DNA of 64,000 nucleotides from Afipia sp. (GCA_051653085.1 JBOFVL010000046.1:5749-69748); one strand, 5' to 3'. Numbered from the stretch's first letter, positions 28,403 through 39,146 are shown. The notes: a model not told the origin generated them from the sequence alone. Made by a program: numbers and translations.

Positions 28403-31400
28403 TCAGGCGATCGCGCTGGCGTGCGAGAACACGACCTCGATCAGCGTGCCGGAATGCGGCGCTGTCTTGATGTGAAATTGCGCGCGGTTGGCCTCCACCA
28501 GCGCCTTGGTCAGCGACAGGTTCACCGCTGAGCTGTCGGCGGTCTGGTCCGATGCGCCCGGCGTGCGGAACGGCGCCATCGCCGCCGCGATCTCGTTGTC
28601 GTTGAGGCCGGGGCCGGTGTCGCGGACGCGCAGTACGATGTCGCCGAAATCGGTGGTGGCGGTCGAGACGATGACCTGCCCGCCGGCATTGGCGAGATGG
28701 ATCGAATTGCCGATCAGGTTCAGGGCGATCTGGCGTAGCGCGCGCGCGTCGGCCTTCACCGTCGGCAGCGAATGAGCAAGTGAAGTGCGGATGATGATGC
28801 GCTCGCGATTGGCCTGCGGCTGCATCACCGCGACGCATTGTTCGACCATGCTGTTGAGGTCCTGGCTTGCGAACGACAACTCCATCTTGCCGGATTCGAT
28901 GCGCGACAGGTCGAGCAGATCGTCGATGATCGCCATGACACGCTGGCCGGAGGCGCGGATGTCCTTCATATATTCGACATAGCGCTCGTTGCCGAGTGCG
29001 CCGAAGCGCTCGTCGATCATCACATCGGAGAAACCGATGATGGCGTTGAGCGGCATGCGGACCTCGTGGCTGATCCGCGCGAGAATGTCGGCCTTCGCAG
29101 TCATCGCGCGCTCGGCCTGCCGCCGCGCCTGCATCAATTCGCCTTCGTTCTTCTTTGCCTGCGACAGATCGCGGAAGATCGCGAAGAAGCGTTCGCTACC
29201 CGGCCGCGTCCGGCCCATGGTCATCGACAGCGGGATGATGCCTCCGTCGCGCACGCGTCCAAGCATGTCGCGGCCGTGATCGAGCAGGCTCGCAACGCTC
29301 GTGGTCTTGATGCTTTCCAGATAGTCCGTCACCGCGCGCTGGCTTTCAGGCGCGAACAGATCGGCCAGATGCAGTGCCGCGATCTCGGTGTCGTTGCGGC
29401 CGAACAGCGCCTCGGCGCTGCGGTTGCACGACAGGAGCTTGCCGTGATCGTCGAAGATCACGACACCCTCGGCCGTGGTGTCGAGAATGGTGGCCAGTTC
29501 CTCGGCCTGCGTGGTGTCTTCGGTCTGAACGATGACCGGAGCGATGGTCGCCGCCACGGGTTCGATGCGCGGCTCGGTACGCGGGCCGGAGAACACCAGA
29601 GCATGCGCCGGCTCGCCGTCCCATGTGATTGCGAACAGCCGCGCGTCGACGGGCTTGCCCTTGTCGGGGCCGTCCTCGCTGGTCGCGGCAATCACGACAG
29701 GCGTGCCTGCTTCCGATGTGCTGCTGGCTGTGCCTGCGCCCGACTCGACGGTCAGGGCATCGAGGCCGCCGGCCTCGGTGAGTGCATGCAGGCTGTCGTA
29801 GCCGGTGGAGGCGAGAAACGCGCTGTTGGCGTAGATCAACCGGTCGAGGCGGTAGACCAGCACGCCGACCGGCAGCCGATCGAGCAGTTGCGGGTCCTGC
29901 ACGGAGATGGCGCGGGGCGGAGCGGGCTCGCGCGGCACGAACGCCGTTGGATATTCAGTCTCGAGCCTGGATGGAGCCTTAATCTCCGGAATCGCGGCGT
30001 CGGCTGCGCGCGAATCCGTTGACGCCGTTTCATCGGGCGCGGCTTCGTTCGCCACATCGCCTTCCAGCCGCGCCGATAGCCGCCGCGCAAGCTCGTCGAA
30101 AGCGCTGCTCTCGACCGGCGTCAGCACGGGCAATTTCGGTTCGGCGACGGGAAACGGTACGACGTTCTGCGGAATGTCCACGGGCGGCTTCAGTTGTGTG
30201 CTCAAGAAGGCGTCTGTCGGAAAGCTGTCTCGCGTGCTGTCGGTGGTCTGTTGCGTTGTATCCGGTGGTGTCACGACGGTGCGCGGTGGTTCGTCCATAC
30301 TGTCCTGGATATTATCCTGCATCACGTCTTGCAGGTTGTCCTGTATCGTCGGTTCGTCCTGCGCTGCTGGCTTATCGGACTTCGCCGTTACCGGTCGCGA
30401 TCCATAGAGCACGTCGTCGCGGCGCTGCGCGGCGAGGCGCGTCATGCCTTCGATGTCGCGACAGACGCCGAACCCGCGATAGCCGCTGAAATGTCCCGCG
30501 CGATCGGTGATCGGCAATCCAGAAAGCTCCACCGGCAGTCGTGCGCCTACGCCGTCCGCAGGCCAGTCCACGACGATCCCGCTCCATGTGCCCCGGGTGG
30601 CGACGGCGGCGGCCACATGGCCTTCCGGATCGAGCCCGAGCGCATGAGAGATTTCGCTCCACGGACGCCCAAAGGCAGCGGCCGTGCGCGCGCCGATCAG
30701 GCGGGTGAATTCATCCGAGCCGAGCGAGAAGCGACCTTCGTCATCCATCTGCCACATGAAGCGCAGCGGATGCCGCCGTTCTGACAATTGCGGGCCGTCC
30801 ATCTGAAGCAGCGTCGCCGAGACGTCGCCCTCGCTTTCCTGCGTGTCGAAATGCTGAGGCGGGATCTCGGCTCCGGAGGATTGCTGAACCTGCGACTCCT
30901 GCGCAGTTTCGTCGAACACGGATTCGAAAACATCCACGGGCGTGACATCGGCAGACGGTTCGGCCGATTGCTCGCGCGTCGTGTCGCTTCGCGGAACGTC
31001 GGCAACCGATTCAGGCGCAATGTGTTCGGCGACAGGTTCGTTGACCGGTACTGCGTCAGCTTCCGGTGCAACGACCACAGCGGCCGGCTTCGGTGTCGGC
31101 TTCGGCACAGCCCTCGCGCCGATTAAAGCAACCAGCGCGGTTGCATCCCCACTGCCGACACGATGCACCGTGACGCGGCCAAGATCCATTTGCAGCATCG
31201 CCTGTCCATCGCGCAGCGCACCGCTGCGCGCGTCGTCAAATCCCGGGCCGGTGAGATCGCTGAACAGCGCGGCGAAACGTTTGGCAGGTTCGTTCACGCC
31301 GGCCAGCGCACCGTTCGGTGTGAAGACCATAGCTGGCGTGCTCAAGCTATCGACCAAGTTGGCGAGACGTTCGGTGAGCGGTATCGGGCGCCCGACCGGC

Positions 31401-31762
31401 TCGGTGGCGGCGATGAGAAGTCCGCTGGTGCGGTCAGCGAACGTCAGCCGCGCGCAGGAGCATGTCAGCAGGCGGCCGAGCGGCGCGCCGAAACCGCGCA
31501 GCCGTTCAAGACGCGGCCCGCCGGTCGGCGAAAGCCGTGCCGCGAGTTGAGCGGCCTGGCGGCGATGCGGGTCCGCAGCGCCGATGGTGCGCTCCGCAAG
31601 GACCGCGGCGTTGCGTGCATTGAATAGACGCGCGCCAGCCGCGTTGGCCCACAGAATCCGCGCGCCGTCGAGCGACCAGACCCACGCAGGGATGGCACTC
31701 GTCGCGTGAACCGCAAGGCGCGGATCGCGGATGCCATGGAGCAGGAAGTCGGCTTCGCTCAT
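28403..31762 (-). CDS. Large PAS-domain sensor histidine kinase-like protein (PdhS/DivJ-PleC family), degenerate CA domain
   Basis: PdhS-like N-terminus, PAS domains, H-box SHEVRMPLNAIIGF, G1 VRDTGPG. Start 31762 preferred. Confidence 0.85.
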   Translation of the reverse strand: MSEADFLLHGIRDPRLAVHATSAIPAWVWSLDGARILWANAAGARLFNARNAAVLAERTIGAADPHRRQAAQLAARLSPTGGPRLERLRGFGAPLGRLLTCSCARLTFADRTSGLLIAATEPVGRPIPLTERLANLVDSLSTPAMVFTPNGALAGVNEPAKRFAALFSDLTGPGFDDARSGALRDGQAMLQMDLGRVTVHRVGSGDATALVALIGARAVPKPTPKPAAVVVAPEADAVPVNEPVAEHIAPESVADVPRSDTTREQSAEPSADVTPVDVFESVFDETAQESQVQQSSGAEIPPQHFDTQESEGDVSATLLQMDGPQLSERRHPLRFMWQMDDEGRFSLGSDEFTRLIGARTAAAFGRPWSEISHALGLDPEGHVAAAVATRGTWSGIVVDWPADGVGARLPVELSGLPITDRAGHFSGYRGFGVCRDIEGMTRLAAQRRDDVLYGSRPVTAKSDKPAAQDEPTIQDNLQDVMQDNIQDSMDEPPRTVVTPPDTTQQTTDSTRDSFPTDAFLSTQLKPPVDIPQNVVPFPVAEPKLPVLTPVESSAFDELARRLSARLEGDVANEAAPDETASTDSRAADAAIPEIKAPSRLETEYPTAFVPREPAPPRAISVQDPQLLDRLPVGVLVYRLDRLIYANSAFLASTGYDSLHALTEAGGLDALTVESGAGTASSTSEAGTPVVIAATSEDGPDKGKPVDARLFAITWDGEPAHALVFSGPRTEPRIEPVAATIAPVIVQTEDTTQAEELATILDTTAEGVVIFDDHGKLLSCNRSAEALFGRNDTEIAALHLADLFAPESQRAVTDYLESIKTTSVASLLDHGRDMLGRVRDGGIIPLSMTMGRTRPGSERFFAIFRDLSQAKKNEGELMQARRQAERAMTAKADILARISHEVRMPLNAIIGFSDVMIDERFGALGNERYVEYMKDIRASGQRVMAIIDDLLDLSRIESGKMELSFASQDLNSMVEQCVAVMQPQANRERIIIRTSLAHSLPTVKADARALRQIALNLIGNSIHLANAGGQVIVSTATTDFGDIVLRVRDTGPGLNDNEIAAAMAPFRTPGASDQTADSSAVNLSLTKALVEANRAQFHIKTAPHSGTLIEVVFSHASAIA

Positions 31763-31842
31763 CTTGAACAACCCGGCAATTGAGTCTTCGTCTCGCTGTT
31801 GTGGCGCCGGATTCGACGCCAGAGGGACAGGATCGGACAACC

Positions 31843-31857
31843 TTAACAAATGATTAG
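31843..31857. promoter_or_regulatory. Candidate CtrA box upstream of the PdhS-like gene
   Basis: TTAA-CAAATGA-TTAG, near TTAA-N7-TTAA. Confidence 0.35.
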
Positions 31858-32114
31858 TATGGCGTGGCTGCCGCAAGGTCCATCGGTGCGGTGAGAGCCT
31901 ACCTCTCCAAACCAGCGATAACGTTAATTAGGGGGCCGCGCCGAACTGCGGCGCCGTCCGAACGTTGAGTTGTTGCAAAAGCTGTTCAAACGTTCACGAT
32001 AGGCCGACCGAAGCCGTCGCTGCGCTGCGTCATATGCGCGATGTCGCCAGGCGATAACTATGCGGGACAGCCGGGGCCGCCCAATGGTTCCGGCATGCAA
32101 CAGGAGGATGCGAC

Positions 32115-32489
32115 ATGTCAGGCGATCGTTTCGAAATCCCGAAGGAAATGCGTTCAATGGCGGAAACCAGCCTCGATCAGGCGCGCAAGGCGTTCGAATC
32201 CTTCATCAGCACCGCGCAGCAGACGGCGGCTGCCTTCGGCGGCACAACGGTAGGCGGCCCCGGCGACGCGGCCAAGGAGATCAGCGCCAAGGCGATCGCC
32301 TTTGCCGAAAAGAACGTACAGGCCTCGCTGGCCTACGCGCAGCAACTTATTCATGCCAAGGATCTCACCGAGGTCATGCGCCTCCACACCGAGTACGTGC
32401 AGGCCCAGATGCGTGTCCTGGCCGAGCAGGCCAGCGAGATGGGCCAGACCGTGACCCGCGCGGCCATGGATGCTGCCAAGCCCAGATAG
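32115..32489 (+). CDS. phaP: Phasin (PHA granule protein)
   Basis: FEIPKEMRSMAETSLDQARKAFE...EKNVQASLAYAQQLIHAKD; AGGAGG RBS. Confidence 0.88.
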   Translation: MSGDRFEIPKEMRSMAETSLDQARKAFESFISTAQQTAAAFGGTTVGGPGDAAKEISAKAIAFAEKNVQASLAYAQQLIHAKDLTEVMRLHTEYVQAQMRVLAEQASEMGQTVTRAAMDAAKPR

Positions 32490-32579
32490 CCGCAAAAAAA
32501 GGGGTCTGCCTGGCAATCTGGGCCTTAACCGTATTCTGATCCGGCGGACCTGCCGGATCAGGCATGCGCGCTATCTTGT

Positions 32580-32591
32580 TGCAACGCACAA
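32580..32591 (+). promoter_or_regulatory. PhaR box upstream of the second phasin
   Basis: TGCAACGCACAA fits TGCRNYGCASMA (Bradyrhizobium PhaR consensus as recalled); a weaker TGCGCTGCGTCA lies at 32021-32032 before the first phasin. Confidence 0.6.
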
Positions 32592-32707
32592 AAGTTTTCA
32601 TATAGTGGCCGACGACGCTGATCCTGTGGCGGGCTGTGAGCCTGTCGCGGGCAGTTGCGCCGTTAGCCTTAGGCTGGCGGCCTGAATTCCAGCACAAGGA
32701 CGTTTCC

Positions 32708-33136
32708 ATGAGCGCGCACGATCCGTTTTCGAATGTCACCCCGTTCCAGGTTCCCGAGCAGGTCCGCGCGTTGGCCGAGCAGGGCGTTTCGCAAGCTCGC
32801 GAGGGCTATCAGAAGCTCAAGGAAGCGGCCGAATCCAACAACGGGGCGCTTGAAGCCGTTTACGCATCGGCCACCAAGGGTGCCGGCGACTTCACTGCGA
32901 AGGTGATCGACATCGCCAAGACCAACACCGAATCGGCATTCGATTTCGCCCAGAACCTGCTCGGCGTGAAGTCGCTGCCGGAAGCTTTTGCGCTGGTGAA
33001 CGCGCATGCCCATAAGCAGTTCGAAGTCCTGACCGCGCAGTCCCAGGATCTTGCCGCACTGACCCAGAGAGTTGCGACCGACACTGTCGAGCCGATCAAG
33101 GCCGGCGCGGCAAAGGTGTTCAAGACCGGCGTCTGA
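32708..33136 (+). CDS. phaP: Phasin (PHA granule protein)
   Basis: FQVPEQVRALAEQGVSQAREGYQKLK...AFDFAQNLLGVKS; AAGGA RBS. Confidence 0.88.
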   Translation: MSAHDPFSNVTPFQVPEQVRALAEQGVSQAREGYQKLKEAAESNNGALEAVYASATKGAGDFTAKVIDIAKTNTESAFDFAQNLLGVKSLPEAFALVNAHAHKQFEVLTAQSQDLAALTQRVATDTVEPIKAGAAKVFKTGV

Positions 33137-33378
33137 CGCCGCCTCAGGGCGAAACTATCGGGGCGCGGCACGGTCGCGCTCCGTTTCCTAGGCATTTATC
33201 TTGGCTGACTATGCCGCGCGCTGAACCGATTGTACCCCGGCCGTCACCAATATCCGGGCTGTTCACGGCGCTCATCCTCCTGCCAAAGCGGCTTGCCAAA
33301 GCGCGGCGTTGCACCTAGTTTCCCGCGAAATCGCCGCCGCTGGCGGGGCAGACCTTTGGCTGCCGTTCGATTGAAAAT

Positions 33379-33455
33379 GCAGTTGTAGCTCAGCTGGTTA
33401 GAGCGCCGGATTGTGGATCCGGAGGTCGGTGGTTCGATCCCACCCAACTGTACCA
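33379..33455 (+). tRNA. tRNA-His(GUG), alphaproteobacterial type lacking G-1
   Basis: Cloverleaf GCAGTTG...CAACTGT-A-CCA; anticodon arm CCGGA-TTGTGGA-TCCGG; T-loop TTCGATC. Confidence 0.97.
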
Positions 33456-33501
33456 TTCCCGCTTTCCAGACTTCACGCCGCGAACACGAACCGCAGGCTC
33501 G

Positions 33502-35910
33502 TCAGGCCGATTGGGCCAACGCGAGGAGGTCGTCGCCGAGCGCCGCTGCGGCACCCGCATGCGTCAGCGTCGCGAAAGTCTCGATCGGCGCGGGACGTCC
33601 AACCAGATAGCCCTGAACCTCGTTGCAGAATTCGGATTGCAGGAACGAGAGTTCCGCAGCTGTCTCGACGCCTTCCGCAAGCACCGGCAAACCGAGGCCG
33701 CGCCCCAGACCGAGCACCGCGCGCACGATGGTCGCGGCCTGTTCGTTGGTGTTGACCGATTTGATGAACGAGCCGTCGATCTTGATCTTGTCGAACGGGA
33801 ATGCGCGCAGATTCGAAAGCGATGAGTATCCGGTGCCGAAATCGTCCATCGCAATGTGCACACCGAGCGCCTTGATACGCCGCAACGTCGTTAGCGCGCG
33901 ATTGAGGTCGCGAACGAGTGCGGTTTCGGTGATCTCGAGCTCGAGTCGGCCCGGCGGGAGGCCGGTTTCCAGCAGCACCTCATGCACGAGCTGCACGAAA
34001 TTCTCGTTGTAGATCTGGACCGCCGAAACGTTGACGGCGATGGTCAGAGGCTGCGGCCAGCTCGCGGCCTGCTTGCAGGCTTCGCTCAGAACCCATTCGC
34101 CGATGCTGAGAATGGCGCCGGTTTCTTCCGCGATCGGAATAAACACAGCCGGAGAAATCGAACCGCGGGTCTTGTGGGTCCAGCGCAGCAGGGCCTCGAA
34201 GCCGACGACGGTTTTGGTCTGAATGTCTTCCTGCGGCTGGTAGACCAGATTGAATTCGCCGCGAACCACCGCCTGGCGTAGATCGTGCTCCAGCACCCGG
34301 CGGTCGTGAACTTCGGCGCCCATCTTGGCTTCGAAGAAACGATAGGTGGCGCGGCCTTCCATCTTGGCGCGATAGAGCGCCGTGTCGGCGTGGGTGAGCA
34401 GCGCCTCGCGATTGTCCGCGTCGTCCGGGCAGATCGCGATGCCGATGCTGCACGAGGTCATGTTGTCGCTGTCGGACTTGTCGCCATCGGATCGCAGCGC
34501 ATCGAGGATGCGATCGGCCAGCCGGCCCGCCGTTGCGGGGCTGGACAGTCCCGGGATAAGGACAGCAAACTCGTCGCCGCCGAGGCGCGCGACCATGCAC
34601 GTTTGGTCGAGAATCGCAGTGACGCGTGAGGCCACGGTCTGAAGGACCTTGTCGCCGGCGGCGTGTCCGAACAGGTCGTTGACTTCCTTGAACCTGTCGA
34701 GGTCGAAGCAGAGCACCGCGCACTTCTGTCCGCCCGCCAGCGTCGCTGCAATTTCAAGATCGAGCCGCGCATGGAACGTGCCGCGGTTCGGCAACGAGGT
34801 CAGCGCATCATGATGCGCGAGATAGCGAATGTGCTGCTCGGCCTGTTTGCGCGCCTGCAGGTTGCGGACGGCGATGACGTGATGCGCTTCTCCGGCGAAA
34901 TCGATCGGGCGCAGGATCAGTTCGACCGGAATCATCGACCCGTCGACATGGCGCAGGTCGGCCTCGATGGGCTGGTTCGGTGCCGCGAACAGTTTCGCGC
35001 GCGCACCCGCGTCAGGAATGTAGCTTTCAAGCGTGGTGCCGATCAGCTTTTCGGACGACGATCCGACGAGCTTCGCAAAGCTGGTGTTGACGGTGACGGC
35101 GACGTCGCCGTCGCAGACCAGCAGGCCTTCGACCGCGGCGTTGGCGAGACCGCGCATCCGGTCGGCTTCAAGAACGGACCGGCGCTGATCGCGGATGTCC
35201 AGTGCGAGGCCGGCCAGCGCCAGGACGATGATCGTGAAACTGGCGACAGCGACGCTGAAGGCAAGCCACGCGGCGGGCAGGGCCTGTTGTGACACCTTCA
35301 TGGTCGGGTCGGGGATGATCGATGCGGCACCCATCGCGGTAAAATGATGGCTGCAGATCGCAAGCGTCAGGAGCAGCGCGCCGGCGGCCTTCCATCGCTC
35401 CGACTGGCTGCGGAGTCCCGCCGGCAAGGCCGTTGCGCCGATCAAGGTCCCGAGCAGGATGGAGGCTGCCACCAGCACCGGGTCCCAGAGGATAACGCCT
35501 TCGATTTCGAAAGCGGCCATGCCGAGATAATGCATGGTGGCGATGCCGCCGCCGACCACGGCGCCACCGAGCCACGGCCCAAGCCGCCATGCGGGCGACA
35601 TCGCCATCGCGAGGCCCACGCCTGTCAGGATAACGGCAGCGACCAATGACAACGCGGTCAAGGATATGTTGTAGCCGCTCGGAATCCCGGGCGAGAATGC
35701 GAGCATTGCGATGAAATGCGTGGACCAGATGCCGAAGCCGGTCGAGATGGCGGACACTGTCAGCCACACGATGCGCATGCGGCCGGCAGACAGGCGGGCA
35801 TGTCTGAGCAGGTTGATCGCAGCGAGCGAAGCCAGAGAGCAGATGACAGCGGCGAGACCCACAAGCCGCAAGTCATGGGCTGTGGCGATACAATTATAAA
35901 CCTTCAGCAT
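33502..35910 (-). CDS. MHYT-PAS-GGDEF-EAL protein
   Basis: WSTHFIAM, MHYLGM, HHFTAMGA repeats; GGDEF; FEALLRW; MDDFGTGYSSL. Confidence 0.92.
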   Translation of the reverse strand: MLKVYNCIATAHDLRLVGLAAVICSLASLAAINLLRHARLSAGRMRIVWLTVSAISTGFGIWSTHFIAMLAFSPGIPSGYNISLTALSLVAAVILTGVGLAMAMSPAWRLGPWLGGAVVGGGIATMHYLGMAAFEIEGVILWDPVLVAASILLGTLIGATALPAGLRSQSERWKAAGALLLTLAICSHHFTAMGAASIIPDPTMKVSQQALPAAWLAFSVAVASFTIIVLALAGLALDIRDQRRSVLEADRMRGLANAAVEGLLVCDGDVAVTVNTSFAKLVGSSSEKLIGTTLESYIPDAGARAKLFAAPNQPIEADLRHVDGSMIPVELILRPIDFAGEAHHVIAVRNLQARKQAEQHIRYLAHHDALTSLPNRGTFHARLDLEIAATLAGGQKCAVLCFDLDRFKEVNDLFGHAAGDKVLQTVASRVTAILDQTCMVARLGGDEFAVLIPGLSSPATAGRLADRILDALRSDGDKSDSDNMTSCSIGIAICPDDADNREALLTHADTALYRAKMEGRATYRFFEAKMGAEVHDRRVLEHDLRQAVVRGEFNLVYQPQEDIQTKTVVGFEALLRWTHKTRGSISPAVFIPIAEETGAILSIGEWVLSEACKQAASWPQPLTIAVNVSAVQIYNENFVQLVHEVLLETGLPPGRLELEITETALVRDLNRALTTLRRIKALGVHIAMDDFGTGYSSLSNLRAFPFDKIKIDGSFIKSVNTNEQAATIVRAVLGLGRGLGLPVLAEGVETAAELSFLQSEFCNEVQGYLVGRPAPIETFATLTHAGAAAALGDDLLALAQSA

Positions 35911-36174
35911 TCTGCTACCTGCAACGCGAACAACGCTATTGCATCGGCACGTAAGGGGAATTGCGTAAGAAGAAGTAAATCCGGCGGTGCAAGTCCGACA
36001 CGTCGGCCGGCACAGCGCATGCGCTGTCACCGACCTGCGTGTACGCAGGGCGAACAATTTCCGATGAGCGCTGTGCCGCAGTCACTTCTCGTATGCGAAC
36101 GAGATATCTCTCGCGGGATAAATGGCTAATGCGCAATAAACCATATGACGATGAGATGATCTTTCTCTCGCCAG

Positions 36175-36450
36175 CTATCGGTCTGCGCGGCTCACCACAT
36201 CCATCAGTTCCGCGATCTTGCGGCGCTGGTCGGCCTTGTCGCCCGACGTGATCGCATGCTCCACGCAATGCGCGACGTGATCGCGCAGGATTTCCTCCTC
36301 GACCCGCCGCAGCGCTGCGCGGGCGGCGGCGATCTGCGTCACGATATCGATGCAATAGCGATCGTCCTCGACCATTCCCGCGAGACCGCGAACCTGGCCT
36401 TCGATCCGTTTCAGCCTTTTCAGGCACGACGACTTGATTTCCTTGCGCAT
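36175..36450 (-). CDS. csoR: CsoR/RcnR-family copper-sensing repressor
   Basis: RLKRIEGQVRG, YCIDIVTQI, HVAHCV (Cys/His/Cys ligands). Confidence 0.9.
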   Translation of the reverse strand: MRKEIKSSCLKRLKRIEGQVRGLAGMVEDDRYCIDIVTQIAAARAALRRVEEEILRDHVAHCVEHAITSGDKADQRRKIAELMDVVSRADR

Positions 36451-36460
36451 GGGATACTAT

Positions 36461-36477
36461 ATACCCCCATAGGGTAT
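36461..36477. promoter_or_regulatory. CsoR operator
   Basis: ATACCC-CCATA-GGGTAT: inverted repeat with G/C tracts between divergent csoR and copA. Confidence 0.8.
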
Positions 36478-36502
36478 CAATTGCAAGCAAGGACTTAGGA
36501 TC

Positions 36503-38959
36503 GTGGCATCAGCAGAACATCTGGACGACGGTAAGGGCAGTTGCTGCGGCGGACATAACAATCAAGGTTCCGGCGGTCACAACCACGACAAGCATGCGTC
36601 TCACGGCGCGCACAGTCATTCACATGCGCCGGGTCACGGACGCGTTGGTCGGGATCAAACCGCCTCAACCCAGGCGATCGATCCGGTCTGCGGAATGACC
36701 GTGGATACGGCGACGGCGAAGCATCGCTTTGCATACAAGGATCAGGATTATTTCTTCTGCTCCGCGCGCTGCGTTACGAAATTCGAGGCGGAGCCGGAAA
36801 AATTCCTGGCGCCGAAGTCGTCTGCGCTGGAAGAGAAACTGCCCGAAGGCACCATCTACACCTGCCCGATGCATCCCGAGGTGCGTCAGGTCGGGCCGGG
36901 AAGCTGCCCGATCTGCGGCATGGCGCTCGAGCCCGAAACCGTCTCGCTCGACGACAAACCGGATCCCGAACTGATCGACATGACGCGGCGATTCTGGATC
37001 GCGCTCGTGCTGACGTTGCCGGTGTTCGTCATCGACATGACCGCGCATCTCGGCGGCATCCAACTGCTCCCTGCACAGACTGCGAACTGGGTTTCATTCG
37101 CGCTGGCGACACCTGTCGTGCTCTGGGCCGGCTGGCCGTTCTTCGAGCGCGGCTGGCGCTCGCTCGTCACGCGCAACCTCAACATGTTCACGCTGATCGG
37201 CATGGGCACTGGCGTCGCCTATGTCTACAGCGTCGTCGCGACACTGGCGCCGCAGGTGTTCCCGCAGGCGTTCCGCGATCACCACGGCGCGGTCGCGGTG
37301 TATTTCGAGGCCGCCGCCGTTATCACGGTGCTGGTGCTGCTGGGACAGGTGCTCGAACTGCGGGCCCGCGCACAGACGTCTGGCGCGATCCGCGCACTGC
37401 TCGGCCTCGCGCCGAAGACGGCGAGGCGCATCGCGGCAACCGGCGACGAGGACATCGATATCGACGCCATTGCGGTCGGCGATCTCTTGCGCGTACGGCC
37501 CGGCGAGAAGATTCCGATCGACGGCGTTGTCACCGAAGGATCGTCGCTGGTCGATGAATCCCTTGTCACCGGCGAAGCCATGCCGGTCAAGAAGGCCGAA
37601 GGTGCGCAGGTGATCGGCGGCACCGTCAACCAAAGCGGCGGTCTTGTGATCCGCGCCGAGAAGATCGGCCGCGACACCATGCTGGCGCGCATCGTCGATC
37701 TGGTGGCGCGGGCGCAGCGCTCGCGCGCGCCGGTGCAGCGTCTGGCGGATCAGGTCGCGGGCTGGTTCGTGCCGGTGGTGATCGCTGCGGCGCTTGCGGC
37801 CTTTGCCGCCTGGGCCGTGTTCGGTCCCGAGCCGCGCTTTACCTACGCGCTGGTCGCAGCGGTCACGGTGCTCATCATCGCATGCCCCTGTGCGCTCGGC
37901 CTCGCCACGCCGATGTCGATCATGGTCGGCGTTGGCCGCGGTGCACGGTCCGGCATTCTGATCCGCGACGCCGAGGCGCTGGAGCGGATGGAGAAGGTTG
38001 ACACATTGGTGATCGACAAGACCGGCACGCTGACGGAAGGAAAGCCGAAGGTGGTCGCTGTGATTGCCGCCGATGGCTTCGAGCGTGACGAGTTGCTGCG
38101 GCTTGCCGCCAGTGTCGAGCGCGGTAGCGAGCATCCGCTGGCGTTTGCGATCCTGAACGCGGCGAAGGAGCAAGGCATTGCGCTTCGCGATGTTCAGAAT
38201 TTCGATTCACCGGCCGGCAAGGGCGCAAGCGGCATCGTCGATAGCCGCAGCGTCGTGCTCGGCAACGCGGTGATCATGCAGCAGTCTAACATCGACACGA
38301 AGGTGCTCGAGAAGGATGCCCGAGATCAGCGCGAGCGTGGCGCCACCGCGATCTATGTGGCGGTCGATGGCCGCGCGGCGGGCGTCATCGCCGTCGCCGA
38401 TCCGATCAAGACGAGTGCACAAGAGGCGCTGAAGCAGTTGCGCGCGAACGGGCTGCGCATCGTCATGCTGACCGGCGACAACGTCACGACTGCGCAGGCG
38501 GTGGCGAAGACGCTCGGCATCGCCGAGGTCGAGGCCGACGTTCTGCCCGAGCGCAAGAGCGATGTGGTGACGCGGCTGCGCGGCGAGGGCCGCGTGGTGG
38601 CGATGGCCGGCGACGGCATCAACGATGCGCCCGCACTCGCGGCGGCCGATGTCGGCATCGCCATGGGCAGCGGCACGGATGTGGCGATCGAGAGCGCCGG
38701 CATCACGCTGCTGCGCGGCGATCTGATGGGGCTGGTGGAAGCGCGACGTCTGTCGCAGGCGACCATGCGCAACATCCGCCAGAATTTGCTGTTCGCGTTT
38801 CTCTACAACGCGGCCGGTGTTCCCATCGCGGCGGGTGTGCTTTATCCGGCGTTCGGAATTCTGCTGTCGCCGATGTTGGGCGCTGCAGCGATGGCGCTGT
38901 CGTCGGTCAGCGTGATTGGCAATGCGTTGCGTTTGTCACGCGCAAAGCTTCATTCGTAA
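36503..38959 (+). CDS. copA: Cu(I)-translocating P1B-type ATPase with His-rich leader, YHS and CPMHP metal-binding domains
   Basis: DPVCGM, YTCPMHP/CPICGM, TGE, CPC, DKTGTLT, SEHP, GDGIND, YN and MALSS. Confidence 0.95.
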   Translation: MASAEHLDDGKGSCCGGHNNQGSGGHNHDKHASHGAHSHSHAPGHGRVGRDQTASTQAIDPVCGMTVDTATAKHRFAYKDQDYFFCSARCVTKFEAEPEKFLAPKSSALEEKLPEGTIYTCPMHPEVRQVGPGSCPICGMALEPETVSLDDKPDPELIDMTRRFWIALVLTLPVFVIDMTAHLGGIQLLPAQTANWVSFALATPVVLWAGWPFFERGWRSLVTRNLNMFTLIGMGTGVAYVYSVVATLAPQVFPQAFRDHHGAVAVYFEAAAVITVLVLLGQVLELRARAQTSGAIRALLGLAPKTARRIAATGDEDIDIDAIAVGDLLRVRPGEKIPIDGVVTEGSSLVDESLVTGEAMPVKKAEGAQVIGGTVNQSGGLVIRAEKIGRDTMLARIVDLVARAQRSRAPVQRLADQVAGWFVPVVIAAALAAFAAWAVFGPEPRFTYALVAAVTVLIIACPCALGLATPMSIMVGVGRGARSGILIRDAEALERMEKVDTLVIDKTGTLTEGKPKVVAVIAADGFERDELLRLAASVERGSEHPLAFAILNAAKEQGIALRDVQNFDSPAGKGASGIVDSRSVVLGNAVIMQQSNIDTKVLEKDARDQRERGATAIYVAVDGRAAGVIAVADPIKTSAQEALKQLRANGLRIVMLTGDNVTTAQAVAKTLGIAEVEADVLPERKSDVVTRLRGEGRVVAMAGDGINDAPALAAADVGIAMGSGTDVAIESAGITLLRGDLMGLVEARRLSQATMRNIRQNLLFAFLYNAAGVPIAAGVLYPAFGILLSPMLGAAAMALSSVSVIGNALRLSRAKLHS

Positions 38960-39001
38960 TTCTTATCGGACGATGTCCGAATGATATGGAACGGGTGCGC
39001 A

Positions 39002-39140
39002 GAAAAAAGGCCGGGCTAAAGAGCCCGGCCTGTTTAGTTTTTGGCCACGTGAGGCCGACACAATCACCTTCCAAGAGGGATAACTGAATGCGCACGCCGC
39101 TGGAGGAGGGGGACAATGTGCGAACGCGCTCACTCAGTGT
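39002..39140 (-). ncRNA. Candidate AbcR-like anti-Shine-Dalgarno sRNA
   Basis: 5' hairpin with CCCCCUCCUCC loop, second hairpin with UCCCUC, GC-rich terminator plus U6; own promoter; syntenic with lsrB/vtlR. Confidence 0.7.
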
Positions 39141-39146
39141 GAAGGG

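Noticed and set aside
33440-39000. attL/attR duplication of the tRNA-His 3' end
   Set aside because: No second copy of cccacccaactgtacca found by eye, and no integrase in the window.
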